Origin: Acidimicrobiales bacterium | GTDB lineage: Bacteria; Actinomycetota; Acidimicrobiia; Acidimicrobiales; CATQHL01 | Direction of reading: 5' to 3' | DNA: 64,000 nucleotides | Assembly: GCA_965221525.1 (NCBI GenBank) | Contig: CBDCSG010000008.1 | Location: forward strand, 852,575-916,574 | Shown: piece by piece, positions 27,913 to 36,884 of the stretch | Layout of the letters: the number at the start of each line of letters is the position of its first letter | Position numbering within the stretch: position 1 is the stretch's first letter | Made by a program: the position numbers and the translations under genes | Notes under the pieces: generated by a model | What the model saw: the letters and a program-made list of their open reading frames with translations, nothing else | What the model was told of the DNA's origin: nothing | The model's database searches: none

Positions 27913-29190
27913 TCAGATGGAGGCGGCCATCTCCAGGAGGTCGTCAGCGTCGGGACTGCCCGGTCCGTTGTCGACGATCTCTCCCGACGGTGACAGGAGT
28001 ACCCACCAGGGGTGAGAGGCGACTCCCAGCAGCGTCGCCGGGCCGAACGACTCGCTCCAAACCACCGGGAACGACTGGATTCCCGTCACGGCCGCAAAGC
28101 TCTGCGCCTCTGCCAGGGAGTCGGTCACCCCCAAGCCGATGACCAGGACCTCGTCGCCGTGGTTTCGAGCGAACTGCTCGATGCCGGGGGCCTCCCGGCG
28201 GCAGACCGGTCAATGGGGTGCCCAGACCCACACGAAGATGGGTCGGTCGGCGGGTGCGAACGAGGCCAGAACGATGCTGTCGCCGCTGAAGACGTCGATG
28301 ACCGTGGAGGTGGGAAGGTCGTTCGGTCCGACCACCTGGGTGGTAGGTGGTGGCGGCGGCAGATCGGGCGGCGGTGGCGGAGGATCGGGCGGTGGGGGCG
28401 GATCGGGCGGCGGCGGCGGAGGATCGGGTGGTGGCGCTGGTTCGACCTCGGCTGCCTGCTCGCCGGCCCGCTGTGCCTCCTCCTCGGCCGCAGCCGCCGC
28501 GGCCTGGGCTTCGGCTTCGGCTGCGGCCTGTTCGGCCGCGCGCTCTCTGGCCTCGGCCTCCGCCTGCTCCGCAGCCGCCGCGGCCTGGGCTTCGGCTGCG
28601 GCTCGGGCTTCGGCTGCTGCTTGTTCGGCTTCGGCTGCTGCCTGTTCGGCTTCGGCTGCTGCCTGCGCTGCTTCGGCTGCGGCCTGTTCGGCCGCGCGCT
28701 CTCTGGCCTCGGCCTCCGCCTGCTCCGCAGCAGTCTGTTCGGCGTCGGCTGCGGCTTGGGCTTCGGCTGCTGCTTGTTCGGCTTCGGCTGCTGCCTGCGC
28801 TGCTTCGGCTGCGGCCTGTTCGGCCGCGCGCTCTCTGGCCTCGGCCTCCGCCTGCTCCGCAGCCGCCGCGGCCTGGGCTTCGGCTGCGGCTCGGGCTTCG
28901 GCTGCGGCCTGTTCGGCTTCGGCTGCGGCCTGCTCGGCCGCGAGTTCGTCAGCCGATGGTGAGGGCTCGGGTGCGGGCGCCGGAGGTGGCGGTGCGGGTT
29001 CGCGGGGCGGCTCGGGGGCGGTGGCAGCCGGTGGCGCCGGCGAAACGCTGCCGGGCCGCGCCGGTTCGGCGCCGGAGCAGGCTGCGGCGGCCAGGGCTGC
29101 GATGGCGATGACCGCGGCGGCGACGGGGAACAGGGCACGCGGCGGTCGGGTTCGCCGGTCCCGGGGCCGCGTCGAGTCGGTGCAACTCAC
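27913..29190 (-). CDS. Putative selenoprotein: TlpA/redoxin-like thioredoxin-fold lipoprotein with long Ala/Glu stalk (Sec at TGA 28210-28212)
   Basis: Lipobox AAAAC; in-frame TGA within WVWAPH-U-PVCRREAP; the frame stays open for another 98 codons with thioredoxin-fold character (VIGLG, GVASHPWWVLLSPSGEIV); SECIS-like hairpin follows the TGA. Confidence 0.85.
28174..28209 (-). promoter_or_regulatory. Putative bacterial SECIS element 1
   Basis: After UGA: CCGGU-CUGC-C-GCCGGG-AGGCC-CCCGGC-AUCGA-GCAG; 6-bp upper stem, loop starts at +17 with G in second position, lower stem CUGC/GCAG. Confidence 0.72.
28445..28946 (-). repeat. Degenerate coding repeats encoding (AAEQAAAEAE/AEARERAAEQ)n helical stalk
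   Basis: Block GGCTGCGGCCTGTTCGGCCGCGCGCTCTCTGGCCTCGGCCTCCGCCTGCTCCGCAGC recurs at about 28519, 28675 and 28807, with shorter sub-repeats. Confidence 0.9.
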
Positions 29191-29244
29191 AGTTGGCAAG
29201 ACTCTACCGTCGAGGCCGCCGGTGTCGTTGGCGGCGGCCTCGTG

Positions 29245-29895
29245 TCAGAGTGAGGCCACCTGCTCGAGAACGGTGTCCTCATCGATCTCGCCGTAGCTGC
29301 CCACGAGGAGTTCCCCGGACGGCGTGAACAGGGCCCACGCAGGCTGGCTCGCAACGCCCAACTGGCTCCACGAGTCGAAGGTCTCGTCCCAGTACATCGG
29401 GAACGAGGAGATCCCGGTGCCCTCGACGAATTCCCGCGCGAAGTCCAGATCGTCCTGGGTTCCCAGGCCGGCGACCAGAACCTTGTCCCCGTGTTCTCGA
29501 GCGAACTGCTCGACGCCGGGCGCCTCCCGGCGGCAGACCGGTCAATGAGGTGCCCAGAACCACAGGAGTATCGGCCGGTCGGCGGGCGCCAGTGAGGACA
29601 GCACGATGCTGTCGCCACTGACGACGTCCACGACGTCGACCGCGGGGAGGTCATTGGGCCCCGACGCATCGGCGGGCGGCGGTTCGGCGGCAGCGGGCGG
29701 CGGGGACGGTTCCGCGGCAGCGGGCGGCGGGGGTGGCTCGGGCGCGGGCGGCGGCGAAACCTGGGCCGGTTCGGTGTCGCTGCAGGCGGCCGCCGCCAGA
29801 GCGGTGACGGACAGCAGCACGACGGCGAGGAGCTTCGCAGGCCCTCGCGCCGGTCGCGCCGAAGGCGTGGGTCGGGCTGGTCCGCTGCTGTTCAC
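29245..29895 (-). CDS. Putative selenoprotein: short TlpA/redoxin-like thioredoxin-fold lipoprotein (Sec at TGA 29542-29544)
   Basis: Lipobox LAAAAC; LWFWAPH-U-PVCRREAPGVEQFAREHGDKVLVAGLGTQDDLDFAREFVEGTGISSFPMYWDETFDSWSQLGVASQPAWALFTPSGELLVGSYGEIDEDTVLEQVASL; paralog of the adjacent gene on both sides of the TGA. Confidence 0.87.
29506..29541 (-). promoter_or_regulatory. Putative bacterial SECIS element 2
   Basis: After UGA: CCGGU-CUGC-CGCCGGG-AGGCG-CCCGGCG-UCGA-GCAG; 7-bp upper stem with the same geometry as element 1. Confidence 0.72.
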
Positions 29896-29947
29896 AGGTA
29901 GCAGACTCTACCGCTGGGCGGCGCGCGTGTGGCGGCGCCGCGTGCGG

Positions 29948-31738
29948 CTACGGCTCGATCCAGATGGCCTCGACGGCGGCGATTCTCGGCCCGCTCGACG
30001 ACAGGAAGTCGAAGATCACGCTGATCTGCGCCCGCAGCGGGTCGGGCGTCTCCTCGGAATCGCCGGACTCGCCGTCATCGGTCGGGAGCGCCGGCGGCAA
30101 CTCGTTGCCCCCGGTGTTCGTGTTGGCCGCGGTCGTCGTTGTCGGGGTCGGGGCGGACTCCAGTTTCGGAGGCAGTGTCGACCGGCCCACGGAGGCCTGG
30201 TAGATCGAGACGTAAGCCAGGTTGGCGAAGTCGGAGTGGGGTGCGCCGAGCGGTCCGGGGGCGTTGATCCTCACGACCGCGCTGTCGCCGCTGCCGTCGA
30301 TCCAGAAGAGGTCTGCCGGTGAGGCCGTCGTGTCGGAATCGCGCGGCGAGGGAATGTCGTGGGTGCGGTTCCACCAGTCGTCCCCGGTTCCGGCGTCGGA
30401 GGTCTCCAGAACCTTGACATCGCCGGGATCGGCTCCCCAGCGGACCACCAGCCCGCCGGGCACGAACGATGCGGACTCGACGTTCGGCCCGCTCGTGAGT
30501 TCTCCGGCCAGGCTCGCCATGACGTCCAACTGGTCGCTCGTCAGCGTGAGGGGTTGCGCCACGAGCGTGTCGGTCGACACCCAGCCGGCCTGCCCTGCGG
30601 TTGTGATGACCTCGGCCCATGTCGAGCTGGAGACGGTTGACCGGCGATCGGTCAGGCGGGTGCCGTCGGCGAGGAGGCCGACTTCGCCGGCAGCGTCGTC
30701 GGCCTCGGCGCGGATGACCGATCGGGCGTTGCCGATGGTGTGCGCCGTCAACTCGCTCGTGTGAACGGCGATGGCGTCGCCATCTCGCCGGTGCACCTGG
30801 CACGGCTGGTCGAGAAGGTCTCCGAACGCGGCGCAGTCGCCGTCGAGGCGATACTCGGCGACACCGACGTTGGAGAACTGGAAGACCGTGGCGTTGAGTT
30901 GGGTGAGGAACTGCTGGGCCGTCACCCCGACCTCGGCGTCGAATGCGTCGCCGAGGTCGCCGGGGAGATCGATCGTCACCCACCGGCTGTCCGATGCCGC
31001 CGTGGCGGTCCGCGTGGAGTCTGCGCTCAGTCCCCGGAAGCCCGCGGTGGTGTCGGCTTCGTTCGGGCCGCCGAGGAGGATTCCCAGAGCGGTTGCGAGG
31101 TCGTTGGTGGCGACGGCCCGCTTGCGGGGGGCGGCGGTGGTGTCGCCGCAGGCGAAGTAGACGGTGACCGACGCCGTCAGGGTGCCGTCGTCACCTGCCG
31201 GCTCGACCGGGCATGCCGTCGTTTCGGCGACGGTCGTGGTCGCCTCGTCCAGTCCCGTGTCGCTCTTCTCGCCGGCCTGCGGGGGTGGGGGAGTCGCAGG
31301 GGCATCGGCCGGCGTCGGGTCGACCGCGGGTGGTGTGGGCGGCGCGACGGTCGTCAGTTGCCCGGAGTCCCGTTCCGACGACTCGATGCCCGCCGGGGGC
31401 GGTGGAGGTGTCCCGCCCTCCGGCGGCGGGTCGGTGGTGCCCGGGTCTCTCTCCGGCAGCGGCGCGACAGCAGCCGGATCGGGGGTGGCGGCAACCGGCG
31501 GGGTTGCTGCGATCTCACCTCCGGGATCCGGGGCGGTCTGCGTCAGGGTCACCGATACGACGGTGGCGATCGCCGCGCAGGCCGCCGCGACGAGGACGAA
31601 CGCCGGTCGCAGGCGCACCTGCGGCAGGCGTCTCGTGCGGCTCGTGCGGCGCTGGATCTCGAACAGGGCGCCGGGGGTGACCTCGACCTCGCCGGTCCGC
31701 TGGGCGAAGGCGTCACGGAGGCGTTGTTCGATGTTCAC
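29948..31738 (-). CDS. Putative membrane anti-sigma-like protein with GerMN-like and SH3-like extracellular regions
   Basis: N-terminal EQRLRDAF..V....L.EIQRR then a TM helix; VTVYF..LGILLGGP..QLNATVFQF (GerMN-like); WAEV...GQAGWVS (SH3-like); coupled to the ECF sigma stop codon. Confidence 0.7.
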   Translation of the reverse strand: MNIEQRLRDAFAQRTGEVEVTPGALFEIQRRTSRTRRLPQVRLRPAFVLVAAACAAIATVVSVTLTQTAPDPGGEIAATPPVAATPDPAAVAPLPERDPGTTDPPPEGGTPPPPPAGIESSERDSGQLTTVAPPTPPAVDPTPADAPATPPPPQAGEKSDTGLDEATTTVAETTACPVEPAGDDGTLTASVTVYFACGDTTAAPRKRAVATNDLATALGILLGGPNEADTTAGFRGLSADSTRTATAASDSRWVTIDLPGDLGDAFDAEVGVTAQQFLTQLNATVFQFSNVGVAEYRLDGDCAAFGDLLDQPCQVHRRDGDAIAVHTSELTAHTIGNARSVIRAEADDAAGEVGLLADGTRLTDRRSTVSSSTWAEVITTAGQAGWVSTDTLVAQPLTLTSDQLDVMASLAGELTSGPNVESASFVPGGLVVRWGADPGDVKVLETSDAGTGDDWWNRTHDIPSPRDSDTTASPADLFWIDGSGDSAVVRINAPGPLGAPHSDFANLAYVSIYQASVGRSTLPPKLESAPTPTTTTAANTNTGGNELPPALPTDDGESGDSEETPDPLRAQISVIFDFLSSSGPRIAAVEAIWIEP

Positions 31739-32286
31739 GCCTCGTCCCCGGTCTCGTCGTCGTCGGAGCCACCGAGCGTGCGTTCGAGAGCCGCGAGGCC
31801 CCGGCTGGCGTGCGTCTTGACCGAGCCGCGCGAGATGCCGAGCACCTCGGCGATCTCGGCCTCGCTCAGATCGAGGTAGTAGCGCAGCGTGAGCACCTCG
31901 GACTGCCGGCGCGGCAGGGCTCGGACCGCATCGATCAGCGCATCACTCCGGAGGCGGTCCATGGCGCCGGACTCGGCACTCTCGATGGGTGGGGGCGCCT
32001 CGGGTGCCAGGCGGCGGCGCACCATGCGGCGGCGCATGCGCGAGCGGGCGCCGTTCATGACCATGCTGCGCAGGTAGGCGGCCTCCTTGCCGGGCTCCGG
32101 GAGGGTCTGCAGCGTGTGCATCTTCACGAAGGCGTCCTGCACGACTTCCTCGCAGCTGCCGACGTCATCGAGGAGAAGGGAGGCGAGGCGTACGAGATCC
32201 TTGTAGTGGTCGGCGAATAGCCGGACCAGCAGATCATCTTCTGTCTCTCTCCCTGGTGGGCTGCCTCGCCGCGGTGGGGGGCTCAT
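31735..32286 (-). CDS. ECF RNA polymerase sigma factor (actinobacterial SigE-like family)
   Basis: LVRLASLL..EEVVQDAF, AYLR, LPRRQSEVLTLRYYLDLSEAEIAEVLGISRGSVKTHASRGL. Confidence 0.93.
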   Translation of the reverse strand: MSPPPRRGSPPGRETEDDLLVRLFADHYKDLVRLASLLLDDVGSCEEVVQDAFVKMHTLQTLPEPGKEAAYLRSMVMNGARSRMRRRMVRRRLAPEAPPPIESAESGAMDRLRSDALIDAVRALPRRQSEVLTLRYYLDLSEAEIAEVLGISRGSVKTHASRGLAALERTLGGSDDDETGDEA

Positions 32287-32602
32287 GGCTGGAGGCTCGT
32301 CGCGTCAGCGCAGGCCGGATTGACCTGTACACGTACAGACGCACGAAGGGGCCTGCGCGTTGACATCGCGGGACGGAGAATCGGGTCGCTCATGGCAAGC
32401 GCCGACACGCTAACCAGCCCCGGACGCCACCGACTGCCACCCGCGGGAATCACCATCTCGCGGCGTTCCCCTGCCGACGTCAGACGGCATGAAAGCCGGT
32501 GGGCCGGGCGCGGGCGCGGGCGGGGTTGAGGGTTGCACACGTCGAATCCGGGTGGCCGCAGGATGTGCCGCGAGCCGCCCGGCGCCACGGGGCTCGCCGA
32601 AG

Positions 32603-32676
32603 TGGAGCTAACGGGACTCGAACCCGTGACCTCTGCCATGCCATGGCAGCGCTCTAGCCAACTGAGCTATAGCCCC
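32603..32676 (-). tRNA. tRNA-Ala (GGC)
   Basis: Reverse complement GGGGCTATAGCTCAGTTGGCTAGAGCGCTGCCATGGCATGGCAGAGGTCACGGGTTCGAGTCCCGTTAGCTCCA; anticodon GGC, G3:U70 identity pair. Confidence 0.97.
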
Positions 32677-32761
32677 GGCGAGTGAAGGTTACCAAGCGGG
32701 CATCGGTCTGCCTGCGGTGGCGATGGGCCGGATTCGGCGGTGGGCCATCTAGCATCGGGGC

Positions 32762-35236
32762 GTGCGGGACAGGTACGACGCCGTGGCCATCGAGCGCGCC
32801 TGGCAGGAGCGCTGGCGCAGCGAGGGCACCTACGAGATCGACAACGACGACCCGCGCCCCCCGTACTACGTGCTGTCCATGTACCCGTACCCCAGCGGTC
32901 CGGCGCACATGGGTCACGTGCGCAACTACACCTTCGGTGACCTGCTCGTTCGCTACCGCACGATGCGTGGCGACGGCGTGCTGTCGCCGATCGGCTTCGA
33001 CAGCTTCGGCCTGCCGGCGGAGAACGCCGCCATCCGCACCGGCGAGCACCCCCGCACGTTCACCGAGGCCCGCATCGCCGAACTCTCGTCGTCGCTGGAG
33101 CGCATCGGCGCCGTGTACGACCTGCGGCGGGTGTTCCGCAGCCACGATCCGGAGTACATCCACTGGACGCAGTGGATCTTCCTGAAGTTCTACGAGGCCG
33201 GTCTGGCCTACCGCGATTCCGCGCCGGTGAACTGGTGCCCCGGCTGCCGGACGGTGCTGGCGAACGAGCAGGTGCTCCCCGACGGCACCTGCGAGCGCTC
33301 GGGCGACCTGGCGGAGCACCGTGAGCTGGCCCAGTGGTTCTACCGGATCACCGCGTACGCCCAGCGGCTGCTCGACGACACCGCCGGCATCGACTGGCCC
33401 GAGCGGGTCAAGAACATGCAGCGCAACTGGATCGGGCGCTCCGTGGGCACCGAATTGGCCCTGCCGGTCGCCGACGCCGGGGGCCGCCCGCGTGACGACG
33501 TGGCGCCCGTCGAGGTGTTCACCACCCGGCCCGACACCGGCTTCGGTATCACCTACGCCGTGCTGTCGCCCGAGCACCCGCGGGTGGAGGAGCTGACGGC
33601 TCCCGCTCAGCGGGCCGCCGTCGAGGAGTTCCGCCGGTCGGTGGCGACCCGCAGCGAGATCCAGCGGCTCTCCACCGAGGGCCGGCTGGACAAACGTGGC
33701 GTGGTGTGCGGGACGTCGCTCGTGAACCCGTTCACCGGCCGCCCCGTGCCGCTCTACCTGGCCGACTACGTGCTGATGACCTACGGGACCGGCGCCATCA
33801 TGGGTGTGCCGGGCGAGGACCAGCGCGACTGGGAGTTCGCCGTGGCCCACGACCTGCCCATCGTGCGGACCGTGCAGCCGCCCGACGGCTGGGAAGGTGA
33901 GGCGTACAGCGGCGAGGGGCCGTCGATCAACAGCGACTGGCTCGACGGGCTGGGCGTCGCCGAGGCCATCGAACGGGCCGCGGACTGGGTGGAGTCCTCG
34001 GGTCTGGGGCGGCGCAAGGTGAACTACCGGTTGCGCGACTGGCTGGTGTCTCGCCAGCGCTTCTGGGGCTGCCCCATCCCGATGGTCAACTGCGAGTCGT
34101 GCGGCTACCGGCCCGTGCACGAGGCGGACCTGCCGATCCTGTTGCCCGACGACGTGGACTTCCTGCCGACGGGGCGGTCACCTCTCGGCGCCCACGAGGG
34201 CTTCCTGGCGGCGGACTGCCCGGCCTGCGGCGGCCCGGCCCGGCGCGAGACAGACACGATGGACACCTTCGTGGACTCGTCGTGGTACTTCCTGCGCTTC
34301 GCCGACCCCTCCAACACCGAAGCCCCGTTCTCGCCGGAGGCCGTGGCGCGCTGGCTGCCCGTGGACCAGTACATCGGCGGCATCGAGCACGCCATCCTGC
34401 ACCTGATGTACGCCCGCTTCTTCACCAAGGCGCTGGCCGACATCGGTGTGGCGCCGGCCGGTCTCAGCGAGCCCTTCGCTCGGCTGTTCACCCAGGGCAT
34501 GATCCGCCTCGGGGGCGCCAAGATGTCCAAGAGCAAGGGGAACCTCGTCGCACCCGAGGCGATCCTCGACCACCAGGGGGCCGATGCCCTGCGCCTGGCG
34601 CACCTGCAGGTGAAGCCGCCGCAGGACGACGTGGACTGGGAGGACTTCGGCATCGACGGCTGCGCCAAGTTCCTCGGGCGCGTCTGGCGGCTGGTGACCG
34701 GCGAGGTGCCCGGGGCCGTCGGCACCAGGTCGGGGCGGCGCAGCGGCGCCGACGACGAGATCGACCGCGGCGCCCACCGCCTCACCGACCGCGTCACCCG
34801 CGACTTCGAGCGCTGGTCGTACAACACGGCCGTGGCCGCCTGCATGGAGTACACCAACGACCTCTACCGCTACGTGCAGTCACCCGAGGGTCCGCACGGC
34901 GAGGTGCTCACCGGGGCGATCGACCGGCTGTTGCTGGTGATGGCGCCCATGGTTCCGCACGTCACCGCCGAGTTGTGGGAGCGGCGCTGCGGCCGTCACA
35001 TCCACACTGAGCCCTGGCCCGTCGCCGATCCGGCGAAGCTCGCCGCCAAACGGGTGACCCTCGTCGTCCAGGTGAACGGCAAGGTGCGCGACCGCCTCGA
35101 GGTCGACGCCGCCATCGGCGAGTCCGAGGCGGTTGAGCAGGCCCTGGCCTCCGAGCGCGTGCGCCGCCACCTCGACGGCACCAACCCCCGCCGGGTCATC
35201 GCCCGCCCCCCGAAGCTGGTCAACCTGGTGGTCTGA
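32762..35236 (+). CDS. leuS: Leucine--tRNA ligase
   Basis: [47 protein letters not shown]. Confidence 0.98.
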   Translation: MRDRYDAVAIERAWQERWRSEGTYEIDNDDPRPPYYVLSMYPYPSGPAHMGHVRNYTFGDLLVRYRTMRGDGVLSPIGFDSFGLPAENAAIRTGEHPRTFTEARIAELSSSLERIGAVYDLRRVFRSHDPEYIHWTQWIFLKFYEAGLAYRDSAPVNWCPGCRTVLANEQVLPDGTCERSGDLAEHRELAQWFYRITAYAQRLLDDTAGIDWPERVKNMQRNWIGRSVGTELALPVADAGGRPRDDVAPVEVFTTRPDTGFGITYAVLSPEHPRVEELTAPAQRAAVEEFRRSVATRSEIQRLSTEGRLDKRGVVCGTSLVNPFTGRPVPLYLADYVLMTYGTGAIMGVPGEDQRDWEFAVAHDLPIVRTVQPPDGWEGEAYSGEGPSINSDWLDGLGVAEAIERAADWVESSGLGRRKVNYRLRDWLVSRQRFWGCPIPMVNCESCGYRPVHEADLPILLPDDVDFLPTGRSPLGAHEGFLAADCPACGGPARRETDTMDTFVDSSWYFLRFADPSNTEAPFSPEAVARWLPVDQYIGGIEHAILHLMYARFFTKALADIGVAPAGLSEPFARLFTQGMIRLGGAKMSKSKGNLVAPEAILDHQGADALRLAHLQVKPPQDDVDWEDFGIDGCAKFLGRVWRLVTGEVPGAVGTRSGRRSGADDEIDRGAHRLTDRVTRDFERWSYNTAVAACMEYTNDLYRYVQSPEGPHGEVLTGAIDRLLLVMAPMVPHVTAELWERRCGRHIHTEPWPVADPAKLAAKRVTLVVQVNGKVRDRLEVDAAIGESEAVEQALASERVRRHLDGTNPRRVIARPPKLVNLVV

Positions 35237-35275
35237 GAGACGCTCCGGAGGGAACGACGACCCCGGTCGTCAGCG

Positions 35276-35564
35276 CTAGACGCCGTCGACGGCGATGAGG
35301 GTCCCTTCGATGGCACCGGCGACCATCTTCCTTATCTCGGCCAGTTCCTCGGATTCGAACATGGCCCGCAGGTTGTCGGCGTCCTCGAACTCGACGACGG
35401 TGAGGTGCCGCGGGGTCCAGTCCCCCCCTGAGCACGTCGACGCTGCCGCCGTCGACGAGGTAGCGGCCGCCGTGGGCGTCCGCGAGCGCCTTGCCTCGCT
35501 CGCGGTACTCGCCGTGGCGGGCTTCATCGAGAACATCGATGCTTGAGATCACGTACATTGCCAT
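35276..35564 (-). pseudogene. DUF1330 family protein with +1 frameshift in a G7 tract
   Basis: N-half (..AHGGRYLVDGGSVDVLRG) and C-half (DWTPRHLTVVEF..) are in different frames and meet at C7 35422-35428; total length 289 nt = 3n+1. Confidence 0.8.
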
Positions 35565-35713
35565 TGTCGGGTCTCCTCAACCGTCGGTGACACTTCGGTC
35601 CATTATTGCCGCGCATCAGGTTCCGGGCCGCTTCGCATGTCGATCCTCGATGACGGGGGCGTTGGAGAAGATTGACCCCGCTGGGGCGTCCGTCCTACGA
35701 GGTTGGAGCGGGT

Positions 35714-36823
35714 TCACTCAATGTCATGAGCATCCGGTGATGGCCTCTCGTACACCGCGGATTGCCCGTGTCGGCGAGGTGGTGGGGGATTGCGGAGCCT
35801 CTCGACGAGGGGATCCCAGTCGGCCGGGAAGAGGACGGATCGCTCGGACCGTTGTCCCGGCAGCCTCTTCGCCGGCATGAGCGTGATCCGGTCGACGTGG
35901 CCGCCGAAGCGGGCCAGCAGGATGTCGGCGACCTCGATCGGTGTTCCCACCGCTGCGAAGGTGTGCAGCATCTCATCGTCGATGAGGTCGATCATGTCCG
36001 CCAGGCGCCCCTGCCGGAACAGTGCCTGCAATTCGTCCTGCGCCCCTTCCCAGCCGTGCTGGGCCAGTACGCCCCGGTAGGCCCACGTGGAGCCGATGAT
36101 GGCGATCTGCTCGCGGATGTCACGGGCCTGTATGTCGTACGACTCGGCGTCGTTCGCCGCCACGACCATCGCAAGCTGGCAGACCTCCACGCTCCCGGGC
36201 GCCCGGCCGGCGCCGTCCAGCGCGGCCCTCAGTGTCGGCAGCGTGATCTCCCGGAGGTAGTCGGCCGTGGTGAAGCTGTGGCAGAGCAGCCCATCGGCCA
36301 CCCGGCCAGCAACCTTGGTCATCAGCGGACCGACCGCGGCCAGGTGGACCCTCGGGCGGCCGAAGGAGTGGATCGGCGGGACGAACATCTCCCGGGTGAA
36401 CGTGTGCTGGTAGAAGTCGCCGCGGAAGTCGAGGCGCGCGCCGCCCTCCCAGGCGTCCCAGATGGCGTGCATCGCCGCCACGAACTCATCCATGCGTGCC
36501 GCCGGCTCGGACCACGGCATGCTGAAACGTTGCGTGATGTGGCCCTTGACCTGCGCCCCGAGTCCCAGCACGAACCGCCCGGCCGACAGCAGTTGAAGAT
36601 CCCACGAGGCGTGGGCGACGGTCATGGGGTTGCGGGCGAATGCCACGGCTATGTGGGTGCCCAGCTCGATGCTCGAGGTCCCGTCGGCGGCCAGGCCCAG
36701 CGGCATGAACGGGTCGTGGCGGTCCTCGCTGGACCCGGCGCGGCCGTAGCCGGCGGCTTCGAGCCGTTGAGCCTGTCGCCGCACGGTGGCCGGATAGGGA
36801 TTGAGGCGGGCGTCCAGCTTCAA
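35714..36823 (-). CDS. LLM-class F420-dependent oxidoreductase (TIGR03617-like), copy 1
   Basis: HDPFMPL, IAVAFARNPM, GRFVLGLGAQVKGHITQRFSMPWS, AAVGPLMT, HSFTT. Confidence 0.9.
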   Translation of the reverse strand: MKLDARLNPYPATVRRQAQRLEAAGYGRAGSSEDRHDPFMPLGLAADGTSSIELGTHIAVAFARNPMTVAHASWDLQLLSAGRFVLGLGAQVKGHITQRFSMPWSEPAARMDEFVAAMHAIWDAWEGGARLDFRGDFYQHTFTREMFVPPIHSFGRPRVHLAAVGPLMTKVAGRVADGLLCHSFTTADYLREITLPTLRAALDGAGRAPGSVEVCQLAMVVAANDAESYDIQARDIREQIAIIGSTWAYRGVLAQHGWEGAQDELQALFRQGRLADMIDLIDDEMLHTFAAVGTPIEVADILLARFGGHVDRITLMPAKRLPGQRSERSVLFPADWDPLVERLRNPPPPRRHGQSAVYERPSPDAHDIE

Positions 36824-36884
36824 GTCTTCTGCCTCCCCGAGACTGCCATGCCGCGGGTCCGGGCGGACCGAGGGTACCCGCCGC

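Noticed and set aside
28210-29544. Redoxin genes as nonsense pseudogenes or TGA=Trp recoding
   Set aside because: The TGA falls at the catalytic Cys column in both paralogs with intact downstream frames and hairpins; TGA is the normal stop for many other genes in the window and Trp is encoded by TGG.
19466-32676. Genomic island or prophage bounded by tRNA-Pro or tRNA-Ala
   Set aside because: No integrase, transposase or phage genes, no duplicated tRNA 3' end seen, and the content is largely housekeeping with ordinary composition.
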